Both the position numbers and the translations under genes were made by a program. A stretch of DNA of 64,000 nt from Chrysomallon squamiferum (taxonomy: Eukaryota > Animalia > Mollusca), in the NCBI GenBank assembly GCA_012295275.1, contig CM022672.1:9486001-9550000 (forward strand), written 5' to 3'. A model generated the notes under the pieces. The model saw only the letters and a list, made by a program, of their open reading frames with translations, was not told the origin of the DNA and made no database searches. This document shows positions 27,144 to 43,385 of the stretch, one piece after another (the stretch's first letter is position 1; each line of letters begins with the position of its first letter).

Positions 27144-28001
27144 ATAACAGTAATAATAATAATAATAATAATAACAATAATAATCATCATCATCATCATA
27201 ATACTGAGAGGAAGACGAAGAATAATTAGAAGACACGGCAGAAAATCACAGAGTCAGTAAAGGTTTAAACTGACGTCAATAAATATTTATAAGCAATTAA
27301 TGTCACTCTCGGCTTTGACAGCCCATCAAACTAACACCAGTGATCAATGTGGTCTGCAGTCAGTTTAAACCTGTTTCAAAGAACAGACACGAAAAAACGA
27401 AGTTTCAATTCCAGTGTGTTACCCATTTAAAATCCGTTTGTCTTTCCGTCCCGTTGGTTCTGAAAGAGCAATTACATTTCTTCTACATTAGCAGTGTAAA
27501 AAAAGGTTAATAGTTGACACTGCTTAAGGCACAAACTGGCCTAGATTTGCGACGGTCGGGTCTATAAGTTCTAATCTAGATAACTGATCAAATGTTATTT
27601 AAATATAGAAAAGACAAAACACACACACCATTGATTAGACGACTGAAAATTAGTTTTTATAACACGTTATTTGATAATCATTTTACCCGTATGTGTGTGT
27701 ATTTGTATATGTATGTGTATGAGTGAGTGTATATGTTGTATTCATGCTGTACGTGCACGTGTTTGTATATGAGTGTGTATGTGTCTTATATGTATGTATG
27801 TGTAGGTATGTACGCATGCACGTGAATATGTGTATATATATTTGTATGTATGTGTGTATTTATGTTTGTTGTGTTCGTGTGTGTATGTGTTTGATTTGAG
27901 TTTGTGTGTGTGGATGTGGTAATTTTGGTATACAACATAAATCATAGTATGTTAGATGATCAAACAGCACGTTTTTTTGTTTGTTTTTTTAATTAATTGG
28001 G

Positions 28002-28047
<46 letters not shown>

Positions 28048-29114
28048 TGTATTTTGTATTTTTTATTTTGTTTTGTTATTGTTATTGATGTTTGTTGTTT
28101 TTTTGACAAGTTATCGTAATGATTTACTTGGGCTAGTTTAATTTCATTATTTTATCTACGTAAAACAGTTGATTAAAATCTCTATAAAAGAAATATAGTT
28201 TATTTGAGTTCAGACGATATAAGAACACTAAAGCTCGCTTCACTGTTGCTTTGAGTATTAAGAAATTCTCAAATCTTGATATTCTGTCTCTTATCTTGGT
28301 TACTGTCACTGATAACTCGTCCAAAGCTTCCAATTATAAATTGTTTAAAAATACTACGCATTCGGGACATATTTCAACCTAACATATAAAATACTGGTGC
28401 CCGTTGTTACGTTTTAGCCTTTCAAATCATAATCTTCCTATTGAAACGGGAAGATGGAAAAATATGCCATTAAGAAATAGAATATGTCGAGTAGTTATTA
28501 CTATAACTTCGGAGATGAGTTTCTTTATTTACATGTATGTTTTTTAAGAATCAAAGGAATGGTTACCTACCATTTTTCTGTCAATCTAAACAGAGGATTC
28601 ATAAGTTTTATAATTATTTAACTCTTAAAAAGCTGGTGTCCTTAGAAAACTTTCTATTTTATATAATCTAAACATGAATTTTTTTTCAAATCCTCTCGCT
28701 GATGTAGTGACATATTGTATATATATTATTATTTTGTACATTATTGTAAATCCATCATCTTGTCTAACTTGTTATAATTGTTACAGTTATATAAAATTTT
28801 GTATGAAACTATCCTCATGTGCTGTAGACTGCGGCCTGACTGCGACTAAAGTTCAGTTCAGGCAGTTTACTCACTGTAATCACATTAGACTCTCTCAGCT
28901 TTAAAGCTGATTACATAATTGTTGGTTCAAAGAGATATTGATCGTGCATTTGAATTTGAAGAAGAAGAAGATAATGGAGAAACAAATAATGAAATAAAAA
29001 AGTTAGAAAAAAGGAGGAAAGAAAGAAACAAACAAACAAAGAAAAAATATTTCAAATAAAGCAGATGAATGTTAAGACTTCTAACATATATATCCACCAC
29101 CGACCCACCCACTC

Positions 29115-29163
29115 ACACTCAAACACACACACATACACACACCCACACACACACACAGACGAC

Positions 29164-29221
<58 letters not shown>

Positions 29222-29250
29222 TCACTCACACACACACACACACACACACA
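29115..29250. repeat. Interrupted (CA)n microsatellite
   Basis: Direct observation. Confidence 0.92.
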
Positions 29251-30152
29251 GTGGGCAATACAGTCACCGTCCTTTGAGCCTTCTTATAACCGAACAGTCT
29301 TTATTATTCATAATATAAAATAAACTTCTGATTTCTGGAAACAACATCCACCAAAAGTAAGTCGTCTGCTCGTGAAGTTCTGGATTCTGTCCTCATCACT
29401 TAAGCCGTCGTCTTGATCCCTTTTAAACAACTTTCTTTCACTTACAGAAACGTCTTATTAAAAGTAACGTTTTCATCTAATTTACACCGTCTACGACAAC
29501 AGTCTGGAAGAAGAAGTCGCAAAATTCACTTTATAATAAAACGTGTGTGATTTGCTGACTTTACAAGATGAAGAAGACTTTATGACACAATGGCCGTCTG
29601 CAGGCACACGAGACAGTTGTCAACGGCAGATGATGTGATGACTTAAGAAAATAATGGAGCTTCGCGACGCCGACGATGCTGTGGTAGACGTTCTTACATG
29701 ACACATTAATACGCTTTAGGGCCTGGGTTGAGCCGAGCTGTCATGCGCACAACGTTGACCCTGCATCATATCCGTTCGTCGTAATCCTCAGTCTGATTAG
29801 TTTATTTGTTGTCAGCAGACAGACAAATTATTATGGCGTCGATAACAGAGACCAGACACGAAGAAAAAAAATAATAATAAAAATAAAATAAAATATAATT
29901 ATAGTTTTTTAAAATGTATAAAATTAGTTATATATCTGTCATAAACATTAATTCAAAAGATTGAAAAAAAAAAAAAAAAAAAAAAAAAGATCATTACTAT
30001 ACTTTGCTGTATAATGTTCAAGGAATATGCATTGGAATTATTTTTGTTTGTTTGTTTGATTCCTTTCAATTGTTAATTTGTTGTCTCTGGCTGTTTCTTT
30101 ATTTGTTTGTTTGTTTATTTACGGATTGTTCGTTATGGTTTGCTTTTTTGTT

Positions 30153-30186
<34 letters not shown>

Positions 30187-30630
30187 TCCTTTTTTTGTTC
30201 TTTTTTTTTAAGCTGATGATATTGTTATAATTATAATATTTTATTCATATTTAATTTTCTATTTTGTCGTGACCAAAATCCTTCTTTAAAAGCCTTAACA
30301 AATTAAGAAATCAATTAAATTAATAAACAAACAGAATCACATTAGAACGCGGAATCGCGACTGTTTTATCCTGTTTGTAGGAACGTGAAATAAAATATCT
30401 CTTCCTGCTAGACAGAAAGAATCATTTTGGAACGATGCTTACCGGTTCCTTCTTCCGTGACGTTATTCTAAAGTCTGTGTTTTATAACTAATTGTCATTC
30501 TCCTTTGTTTTAGTTATTATAACCAGTACGTCTGACACCTAAAAGCCATTAATAATAAACTATGTTGAGATCAATCTGTTACTGATTTATTCAGTGTATC
30601 TAATAAATCATTGTTAAAATAGTTTAAGTA

Positions 30631-30631
<1 letters not shown>

Positions 30632-30661
<30 letters not shown>

Positions 30662-30705
30662 AAGAAGAAGAAGAAGAAGAAGAAGAAGAAGAAGAAGAAG
30701 AAGAA
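30632..30705. repeat. (GAA)n microsatellite
   Basis: Direct observation. Confidence 0.95.
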
Positions 30706-30943
30706 TGCTATGAAAGGCGTTTATCCAAGGAGATAGATGACGTAAGTGTTCGCTTAGCAATGTCTAATTTTTAGAAAACATCTTCCTGCCTTATTTCTGT
30801 TTTAGCCTGCAGTGAATCGTTTCTTAATTATAAACTGTTCCTTTTTTGGTGATTTTAGAAGATTTATATGAGAGTTTTAAAATCCTTTAAATATTGATAG
30901 AAAGGTGAACGTACGAAAAAATCGTTTTCAGTAAAAAAAAAAG

Positions 30944-30977
<34 letters not shown>

Positions 30978-31250
30978 ATCATAGATATAATCAATACTAG
31001 AACATAAAAGTAATCGGGTAAAATAATTATGTGTGTTTGTGCGTGCAAACAGTTTTTATTTAGCTGGGGTTTTTTTGGGGGGGTTCTACTTGGGTCTTAG
31101 CTGCAACTCCTGACGTCTTAGAGTACCACCCATTACGACAGACAATGTGACTCGCTCAGGACATTGAACTTTGTTGGAAAAATCAGTAGCCGCAGGTTAT
31201 CTTTGTTTGATGACTTATTTTGCTCATCTCGCGCACAGTGTTACATATAC

Positions 31251-31287
<37 letters not shown>

Positions 31288-31460
31288 CACAGATTTATTA
31301 TGAATATACTCTCACACGTATGTGAATATAAGCTGTGTTGGTTAAGCTTATGGATTACATCAGTAAAGAAAAGAAAAAGATATATACGTATATCTGAGTG
31401 ATTGATAGACAGAGAGACAAGTAAACAAAGAGAGAGAGATTAATGGATGGATGTATGAAT

Positions 31461-31502
<42 letters not shown>

Positions 31503-31993
31503 AAGAAACAAACATATGAGAGCACAAGAGAGCGAAAGAAAATACGTATAGGTGCATGTGTTAGTGTCTATGCGTGTTTCACAATAGGTCCATCTGTTGG
31601 AAATACTTCCTCCTTTTCCTTTGACTGCTTTTCAGTTGTACCAGATCCTCCCGAACTCTTCTAATTACCAGCCACGTTACTTACTGTACGACCCACTGTT
31701 CGTCAGAACGTCGCATTAGCCACGTCGAGCTCTCAGTGTGCTGATGAACTTTGATTAGAGATCAACACATCCACTGCTGGCATCGCACACTGCTTCGTTC
31801 CTCGACATCCTGTCAAACGCACCGAAACCGGTGGAATTCACACGCAGAAGCGACGGGTCACGTGATCAAACTGGTAGAAGTTGAGGAAGGAACGCAGACG
31901 ACACTCCAGATGGGAGTTTTACTATGAAGATGCGAATGGTTAAAATCAATACTTTTAGCATGATTTTGTTTCTTTAATTTTTTTTTTTTTTTT

Positions 31994-32033
<40 letters not shown>

Positions 32034-32554
32034 CTCTGTTATTCTTTTTCCTTTATATTACAAAATCGGCCAACTCCCACGAAGTTTTAAAACTGAAGAG
32101 GAAATAACTGCATTTAAATGATCTGTTACGCATTTTTCTAACAACTGGTTCTCTTCGACTCTTGAAAAACTGTCGTATGAAATTTGTTGTTTACTTCAAA
32201 TATAATAATATATACAATATTACACAAAGATTTTATCTTGAACTGTTATTTGTGTGAACAGTCCGAAACGAGTGGTAGCTCGCAACATTCATACCTAATA
32301 CACACGCACACATACATAAATGTACATACACAAAACATACACAAAACATACATGCATAAATGTATACATACATAAGTGTTTACATACATGCAATAAATAT
32401 ATACATACATCCATGCATACATACAGGCATACATGCCTACAGATACATATCTACCTACCTACCTACCTACATACATACATACATACGTAAATACTTACAT
32501 ACTTAGATACACACATTCATACATACATAGATTCACAGATAACTATATATTCTT

Positions 32555-32559
<5 letters not shown>

Positions 32560-32637
<78 letters not shown>
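32560..32637. repeat. (TC)n microsatellite
   Basis: Direct observation. Confidence 0.95.
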
Positions 32638-32638
<1 letters not shown>

Positions 32639-33207
32639 AGAAATAAAATAAAACTCTGAAACGACACTTCTCTATCATATTTACCTTCTGATATTTAATA
32701 TGGAAAGCCACAAACACTGGCTGACGTAAACGTGCCTCCTATTACCTTCAAGCTATTTAGTGCAAGAGAAGGTTCAAATGGCATGCTTGCGGTTATTGAC
32801 GGTTTTTACGACCGTGTTAGCTATCACTAAGTCTAAGATTTAATAAATAGCTTTTACAGTTTTATTCCTCGCTAGAGATTCTCTAATGTAACATTATTCA
32901 CAGTGAACGTTCATATATGAGCCCATATAATATTATTTAAGGCCAATTTTGTTCGAAAGATTTCGGTTATTTCCGTAATTAAACGGAAATTTATTTCGAA
33001 TTGGTATAAAAATAATTATTCTGTGGAGAATTAAAAAGTTTTTATTATTCTGAAAATTATTTTGTGGATTATATAGGTTGTAATTTCATATTCTGTAGTA
33101 GTAGTAGTAGTAGTAGTAGTAATAGTATCATCATCATTATTATTATCATCGTCATCATTACTACTACTATTATCATCAATATTACTATTATTATTTTTAT
33201 CACAGTT

Positions 33208-33250
<43 letters not shown>

Positions 33251-36200
33251 TTATCATATAATCATCATCATCATCTTATTATTATTTTTTTTTTTTTTTC
33301 TTCTTCAGAAATTAGGTAGGTTGTCCTGCAGTTAGGTAGAAAATACACAGACAGGTATGTCAGTCAGCAAAGTCAGGTAGAGAGATTATCGTCTGATTAA
33401 TCAACATTACCCTCGGATAAAATGTTCGCACAGGTGATACTAAAAACTTAACGTGCCAGCAAACGACCAGCGATCAACTGACTCCGCGTCCAGAGTGACT
33501 TGTGCTTTCCACACACACAGGACTCGTAATGGGCCATAAATCAAGACGTTTCTACGTGAACGTAAAGACCACAGTTTGAAGTCGTGTTTCAAGAAAGCAA
33601 TTTGCACCTCGCCGGCTGATCAGCTGGCTTGTAGGTCGGGCAAAATGCTCGTTTGAGCACGGTGGAGATGAGACCCTGGGGAGAGATTGAAATAGTTGCA
33701 CATCCTGAACATCATTGCAAAGTCTTGTAAACAACATTGATTGATTTCTAGTGTTATAATCTTTTTTTTTTGTTTTCTTCTTTTTTTCTTTTTTTTTCTT
33801 TTTTTTTTACGTCATAGTTTGATGTTTTTTAATGTTCTTTGGTCGTTTTCCTTTTAGTTCCTGTTCCTCGTTATTATTTACAAACTAATCCGTCTTCTTT
33901 GTGGTTTTTCTAATAATTTTCTCTATTTAAATTTTTTTTTTCTTATGAACGTACATTTGTATGTATTTTATAGGTATATGTTTTTATGTAATATATAATA
34001 AATGTATATTTGAATATTTATGGATATATGTGCACGCATGTGTGTATTTTGTGTATATGTGTTTGTATGTCTGTATGTGTGTATACGTATTTACTTATGT
34101 ATGTATGTATGTATGAGTTTATATGTTTATATTGTATGTGAATATGTGTAAACATATGTTCGTGATTATTTTGATACGTCTTTTTTGTTGTTGTTTGTCT
34201 ACTGAGTTTTGGTTTTATCATTTTTCTTTTCTCAGACAAAACTTAGAAGAAAATCCACCATCAAAAAAGCATCAAAGCGTTTTTCTTCATCAAATTCTTA
34301 CGCAGATCGATTAATATTTATTTCATTCTCAAGATTTCATTTCTCCTTCATCCAGTTTCAATCAAAAACGAATGGAATGAGGAAGAAAAAAAAACTAACT
34401 GGAGATCATGGTTAGGATAATTAAATGCTATCAGTTTTCAAGACTCAAAGTTCTGCTGACAAAGATGTGCTTGTTAGAAGAACCCCAGTGTGCTGGTTGA
34501 TGTGTTTGACATCTGCGACGTATCGAATGTTCGAGAGAAAAAGTCAAAAGAGAAAAAAAATAACCCGAAATTTGTTTTGCCTTTTTCTTTCAGAAATTAT
34601 CCATTATCGGAAAAAAAAGAAGAAAAAAAACACACGAAGAAGAAAAATGAGGTTGGAGATCGTTTGTTTTAAAATGATATCGACGGAACCCAGTGAAATA
34701 CCACAACGATGCCATCTTTTTGATAATAAATGAATAATTTTAATCTGTATTGTCTTCTTTAGTTATTTTCTTTTTTAAGTCGAATATTTCCGATTAAAAA
34801 TATCAGTCATTTTTGATAATGTTAATATTGTTGTGGTTATTGTTGTTATACTGGTATAACAGTGGTGATGGTTATGCTGGTGATGATTGTATCAATAGTA
34901 GTAGTTGTTGCAGTAGTAGTAGTTGTAGTAGTAGCAGCAGCAGCAGTAGCGGTAGTAGTAGTAATAGTAAAACAGGAGTTACAGTAATAGCGGTGATAAT
35001 AGTCGTAAAGTGGTAGTTATGGTAGCAGTAGTAGTAATAGCGGTGGAAATGGTAGAAAAGTGATATTGATAATACTGACAGTTTTAGTGTTGGTAGTAGT
35101 TGTAGTACTAGTAGTAGTGACGGTATTAACTGATTTGTTAGCAACTATAACAGTAGCAGTGGTGATAGTAATAGAAGTAATAGTTGTGTTAATAGGTGTT
35201 TCAAGTATTTTATCTGGTTTTCTGATGCCGTATGCTACAAAACAGAATTCTGATATTATCTGCGTATAAAGAAATCATTAATTTATCTTTCTCACAATGG
35301 AATGTCCTTGTTAAAGTATTGTATTTCAACATAGATATTCATTATTGATTTTTATTGCCGTATCAGTGGTAATGCCATTGTATTATTCATTCCTATGGAA
35401 AACAGAAGAGTTTAGAACAAAAACAACAACAGTTTGTATAACAATACAAAGAATACAGAAACAAAAGTAATAATCAGTACAAAACGCAAATAACGCACAG
35501 AAACAAACAAAATCCACATAAGTGGTAATAATAATCATAATAATAATAATAATAATAAAGTGAAAATACTGAGAAGTTTTTTGCTACCAAAGGCTGAATA
35601 AAGGATCATAAATTGTCTGAACTTGTAATCTGAAATATTACCTCATTTTATATATCAAACATAGACTTAATAACCCTTTCTTAATACCAAACCCTGTTCG
35701 TTTCGCCGTTTCCTTAGCTGTTAAACAAACTAATACATCGAGCAGCAGTCGCCATATTTCTTACAGTTTTCTACTTCACCACTAACACACACGACCGCCC
35801 TCAACCAGTTTCAGGAAGAAAAAAATAATTATATTTAAGCAAATCGCAGGCGCGAAAGGACGTTATTGTTTTCGGTAAATCAAACAATCTCGTCTGTGAC
35901 GATATATTGCGAGATTTGTACCCCAATTGATGATGTAGATCGCAAATTGGCTGCTTCTTCGCGAAGGATGGACACTTACAGTTCTTGATTGGAAGACATT
36001 AGGAAATTTGTGCAAAAGTCAATTATTATGTGTCCGTGACCAACTCGTTCGGCTCAGTCGCTATTCTGCGCTTGGGCCGGGCTGTACGTCACGTGATGCG
36101 GTTCCAGCGTACTTCGCGGGAACAGGTTCACTACCAGGATGTAAGAAGACAGCCGATAACGAGATGAATTGATAGTAAATGATCTGTGACGTATGGGCAA

Positions 36201-36413
36201 TAAATCTTAGCTTTTTGAAAGCTTGTATTTTTTGAAAGAGGTGATTATTTTTTTTTATTTTTTTATTTTTTTTATTTACTTTATATTTGTTATTTATTTA
36301 TTTATTATTATTTTTTTTTTTTTTGTAAGACGTTTTTGTTTGTTTTTGTGTATGTCTGTGTCTGTTTTATCTTTTTTATTATTATTATTAATGGGGAACA
36401 TGTGATAATTTTA

Positions 36414-36500
36414 TTATGTTTATTTTATTATTATTTGGTTATTTTATTTATCTCTTTATGTTTATTTTATTATTATTTGGTTATTTTATTTATCTCTTTA
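36414..36500. repeat. 42-bp tandem duplication
   Basis: ttatgtttattttattattatttggttattttatttatctct x2. Confidence 0.85.
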
Positions 36501-37022
36501 TTTATTTTTTTTTTTTTTTTTAATTATTATTATTATTTTACTTTTGTTTTGCTCTATACTTTTGCTATACATTTTTAGTAATGCATACCTGAAACAGCTT
36601 CAAAACAGCGCATAAATAATACACATGATAGTTTTGATATTCGTAATTTATATTCCTGATAAATTATTCAGATGAGTTCTATGCTGGAAACTGTAGTTGA
36701 AAAACCACCGGCAACGGCTGAGGGAAAACAACACAGGTTTCTTAGATACGATAGACAAATATACCGACATAATATTTATAATGTTACAAATAAATCTATA
36801 ATTAAACATATATCTGAATAGCTAGTTATGTCTACTACTGCGATTTCTTCTGATATTACTCGTTATTTTTAATATTATCATCCTGTCACTAGTATCATTA
36901 CCCACATTACTGCTACTACAACCACCACTACTACTGCCAACCAGGCTACAACTTCTACGATTACGACTACTCTACAACAGTTGTTATTACTTCCATTTTA
37001 TTGCTACTAGTTGTACTACTGA

Positions 37023-37095
<73 letters not shown>

Positions 37096-38728
37096 TTTTT
37101 ATATTGTCATTGTTATGATTATTATTACTGTTATTGTTGTTATTGCTGTCGTATATGTTTTTGTCATATATTGTCATTAAGGTTACTTAGATGGGATGCA
37201 ATTAAAGTTTCACCATTAGTTTGAATAATAATAATAATAATAATAGAAACGTTTCCAGCTTTCAGATACCTGTCATCACAACAATCGGATAATATTTATC
37301 TTTATTAGCACCGAAACAGAAAAATAACTATTTTTTTTAAATATATTTAAGAATTCAGCTATGACATATTAGAGGATAAAATTAATGTGCACAGGAAACC
37401 AAATTTGACAGAGCAGAATTCTGGGATATAGTTTTGCATTTCCGCTAACAACGCCTGTTCTGTTAAGAAATTCTCATTAAATTAAATTTCGCCAGAGTCA
37501 TTGTAGTAATATTTATTTTTATTTTGTTTTATTACAATACGTCGAGTTTTTCATCCAGTTTTGTGAGACAGCATCCTTTCGCGGAAATTACTTTTCAGAA
37601 CGATACGACCAGCTGTTGCTGAAGAACGCTTGTTAAATTTCCAATAACAAAACTCGTGAAAAAAATAAAAATGTGTTGCGCATACGAAATGTATGTTTGA
37701 ACAAATAAACATGAGGAACGATGTAGTAATGAATGGAGAGCGTTTGCACGTTAGTTTTTCGCGATAAACATTTACATTATTGTTCGTCTCGTAGGTACAA
37801 TAAAAATTATTATAGTAATAATAACAACAGTAACAGTTAATAATAATAATAGTAGTAGTAGCAGCAGCAGCAGCAGTAGATGTAGTCTTAGTAGTAACAG
37901 AAGTAAAACTTAATAATAATCATAAAACAACAAAAAGAACAATGATAACGATAAAAATAATAACTATGCTTTAGTCTAGTTTCAGAGCCTGGTAAAATTT
38001 TCCAAGCTAATATAAATTTTATAATTCATATTTGGAGCAGAGACACATGTAACAGAATATGTCAACATTTATGATGTGGAAAGCATAATTAATACGTCTG
38101 CACATAAGTAAATACTTTACCTCATCTCAGAAGTTATAAACTGTCTTTGGCCAAAAGCTAATAAGCTATATACAGCTGAAAATGACGTGTCTTACAGATT
38201 TTTTAATTATATTTGCTTTGATGTATTTGTTCTTCACAAAAATCATTTCTCTCTTACATCTAAATAGTTATAAGAAGATTATTCGTAGCATTTGCTTAAA
38301 AAACTGTGAAGAAATAAAATATTAGCAATAAGGCGTATTGTTGACAAAATAGATACAAAGCATCACGGTATTTACTGTAGAAAAGATTTTCTTGAAGAAT
38401 CGAGTAAAACGGAGACATTAAGACGCCAGTTGAATACAGTGTGAATATTCTTGGTGTGTATTTTATGCTGATTGACACGAAGTAGGGGAGAGAAGTCCTA
38501 TACTTTGAGACCTGCTTGTCAGTTAAACATCTGTTTGTTGCAAGTGTAAATGGTAATAACACAAAATTAGTTATAATAGCGCAGAGGATTATAGTGAGAG
38601 TTAGCAATTTTGTGTTCTACAAACGAAATCGTCATAAACAGAAAACTGTACATATTTGTACTGTAGCGAGAGTCAGATAAAGAGTGACAGAGATAGAGAT
38701 AGAGAAACATACAGAGTGACAGACAGAC

Positions 38729-38733
<5 letters not shown>

Positions 38734-38824
<91 letters not shown>
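38734..38824. repeat. (AG)n microsatellite
   Basis: Direct observation. Confidence 0.95.
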
Positions 38825-38826
<2 letters not shown>

Positions 38827-39520
38827 GATGGAGGAAGAGAAACAGAGTAGTCATAGAAAAGGAGAAAAACTTCAGACTTCATCCTTACATAAGTTTTTGA
38901 TGAAACACATCGAGTAAGAAAAAAAAAGAAAAAATAACTTGGCATTAATTTTTATTTCCTCTTTTTTTTTCTTTTGGTATTTGCAAAAGTTTAATTCAAA
39001 ATTTTTTCATCAATTCGTCGGGAATACGACAAATCGAGTCTGGTGTGAAAGGCGATTATTCAATTTGAAGGATATTGCTTTTTCAGGAAAGACTGTGAGT
39101 GAAGGGGGTGGGGTAGAGGGCAGTAATAAGCAGAATAAGATGTCAGTTGTCTCTTATTCATTGCTGTTAAGCTTGACAGTGCAAAGTCAATGGAAGGTTT
39201 TTTTCTTTCGATTTTTTTTTTCCAGCTTACATCAATTTATTGAAAAGTTCTAGATCTAAGAGGACATTCGTTCTTCTACTTGAGATTTCTAAAGATACCG
39301 AGTTCTGCAATAACTTTTATTAACAGAGATGTCTTCAGATTAAATCGGTTAATAGATCGTCAGAGTATATTATGCTAATACTTTTTTGTTGTTGTTTATA
39401 ACTGAAGCAGTCATCAAGCTAAATAAGCTATGAAATTAATTATGAGGGCTTGGAATTTTAAAATATGAAAAGGTTGGAACATTGGAAAACGTGATCATCA
39501 AAGACAGATTCATTGGCTAT

Positions 39521-39562
<42 letters not shown>

Positions 39563-41250
39563 TCTTTGGTAAATGGAAAATGGAAAATACCGACAGAGTA
39601 ACAAGAAAAGAAAAAGAAGAAGATCAGAGAAAAAATGCATTGAAGCCAAACAACAAGGAAATAACTGATTTTTATAAATTATGTATCAGTATAAACAATG
39701 ACAGAGTAATGAAGAAGTAAACAAAACCTCAGTGTTACAATCTGTATCTCAGTTTATAGCAAAATGAAACAGTTATAAGACAAACTAATCTGTAGATGTT
39801 GTTTATGATATAGGACATTACCTCTAACTCAGATTCTTCAGTATCTACTAAGGCTAAATCAAATGTGGACAGATATTTATATACTGAGTAAATTTAATAA
39901 TCAATGATGTTGGAGTAATTAAGCTTGCGGTCTGAAAACTGTTAGGATGTTTGTCTGGGACTGCATTTTGTCTGATAGGAAACCATTAAACTCTTTCCTT
40001 TCCTGACTGGTTATTTAACATACTAAAATGTTAAACAAGTTCTCCAGGATCATGCAGTGTATACTCAAGAAGAATTTTCTTGAATCTTCTTTAAATATAA
40101 GTACTATTCGAACATAATTATGGCCTATTGATCAAACCTAACTAAACTGAAGAAAAATCAAACAAAAGAGGGTGTGTTTTTTTTCTTCTTTTTTAAATAT
40201 CAATTGAAAACTTTTTATTTATTTAATTTCGTCTGAATTTTGAAGAATAAAATTAGAAACAAACTGGAAACGTTTCAACACTGAGACAGAAAATAATAAT
40301 GTATACGGTATAGCACGATGTGTGAAGGAAAACAATTAAAACAAATTTACCTCGCACAAAACTGAAAAATATATGAGAAACTGATTAAAGTATCTTTAAC
40401 GATTTCACTTCTGTCACAGGGAGATACCCACAGAACTGTTACATTCAAAAAAGTGTTCATACTTTTTACCTCCCTTCCCGCTATTAACTCTTCTTCAAGT
40501 GAGACCAAAAGCCGCTTCCCCGTCACATACCTCACACGAATTTACTTAGACTGTTTTAAACAAATAAGACTCGCTCCCATCCGAGATCGTGTTTACTGTA
40601 AGTTGAGACAAATTGAGAGGACCTATTTAACAAGAGAGCAAAGAGAAAGAATAATGTGAAATGAGTCAATAACTGAAAAGAAATTTACAAAGGCCCCTTC
40701 TGGCTTTATGCTCCATTTTTTTTTTTTTTTTTTTTTTGTTGTTGTTGTTGTTGATGATGTTCACCTTATAATTAAATCAGGCCTGTCCTCGTTCTTGGTG
40801 GACATAATGTGCGAATACTCGTTTCATGTGTTCTCAAAATCTCACCTGTACATCGTCATTTCCATTACGCACTTCTAAAAGTATTTTTGAATAATTACAC
40901 AATAACACGCACCAACCGCTCATATCCGTCAAACATAATTGAATTCCTCAAATGAATTTCATCACCAGTACAGATTAAGATCTTTGTTCTATTGTTCTTT
41001 CGTTTATATTTCCGTGCAAATAACTGGGGCATTGTCTTGTATATAATTGTTATTTTGGCCACATAAAGTTTTCCAGTTAAGAACTCTGTCTGATAATCAG
41101 TGATCGCTGTTTTGTTTGTGAAAAAAAAAGAGGTTAATGCGTAAAACACGCTGGTGTCACGTTAACAGTGTGAAATAGGTTTTTCTAGGTACGGATGTGT
41201 TTGTGTGTGTTTGTGTGTGTCGTGTGAGAGAGAGGAAGGAAGGGAGGAGG

Positions 41251-41356
<106 letters not shown>

Positions 41357-41588
41357 TGGTGACTCAGTTTTAAATAGCACAATTTCATGTCTGAACGAGA
41401 ATTAGAAAGTCAATACATGATACAGTAATATTTGTTTATGTTACTAAATATAATGTAAATTGTATCTTAGAATGTTTATGCGTTTCATTATGTGTGCATG
41501 TCTGTTTATTTTTACTATTTATTTATTGTCTTTTTACAATCCTAATTCATAATAATTAGTATTTTTAACCTTTTTTTCTTATTTCCCT

Positions 41589-41623
<35 letters not shown>

Positions 41624-42287
41624 GTAACTGATTTTTTACAAGTTTTATTTATTTTATATTGTGTTTATTCTACTTTTTTTCATGGCATATGATCTTTTAA
41701 CATTATTATAGAATAAAAATCGAAACACCTACGTATTTAAAAAAAACTTTGTGGCTGTTTTCAAAACACTTTACACCCACAACGAGCGATTCGCTCAGTT
41801 ATTAAACAAAATGCCAGCCGAGACAACTCGTGTTTCCTGAGACAGATGAGCGTCAGACACGTTTATTAAAGTGTTTTACAGCAATTTAATACTCCATTGC
41901 TTTATTTCACTACCAGTATATTACAGATAAATAATTATACGACTTCTATTAACGTGATTAAACATCAAGTAAACGTAGAGACAAATTAATTGCGAAAAAA
42001 CGGGTTTTGAATATAAAGTTCACATTGACAAAATCAACAATATATATATATACATATATAAACGAGAATTTGTTTAAACGTACAGGAACATGGGCGTCTG
42101 TGCGTATAACAAAATAGGTATAATATAATAGGTACTGAAGTGAACTTAAGTAAATAAGCATTTATTCATTTATTCACTGTCTCCTTTCTGTTTTTATCTC
42201 TTTCTTTGTTTCTCTCTTCCTCTTCATTATATCAAAGCAATTTTTTTATTATTATTTTTTTGCGTCTTTTATTTGTTTAGTGTTTTT

Positions 42288-42333
<46 letters not shown>

Positions 42334-42880
42334 CTATTATATTTTTTTTTAGTAGTATTTTTTTTATAAAATCAGACAGTGAAACACGCGGTAATTCGAT
42401 TAATATTATTTTTTAGACATATTAAACTGATTTATTTATCATCCTGAAATCATCCTTTGCTCTTTTTTTTTTCTTTACAAGACATTCTCGCTTTTTTTTT
42501 TTTTTCATTTTTTTCATTTTTTTTCAGTTCATTAAAAGTTCGTCATGATCGAATATCTGGCAGCACATACTGTAACTTCTCAGTGATCTGTCTCACTGAC
42601 AGTCATATTGCGTTTCCACTCTTGACACATCTAGAAACCACCAGCCTTAGCACTGACTCCGTGGCACTCTCTAATTGAAAGAAGTTACGTTCTACAGACA
42701 CTGCAGATTTTTGTCAGTTCCCTTTGCGTCATTCTCCAAACCCCATGTCTCCTAGTTAGTCCTCCAACATCGCTGTATTTCTGTAATGATCGCATTTTCT
42801 GTGGAGAGTACTGTTGTCATCAAAAGTACAAATGTCGAAGAAAGCTGATGTTAGCCATAATCTGTAATTTGTTGTTATGC

Positions 42881-43385
<505 letters not shown>

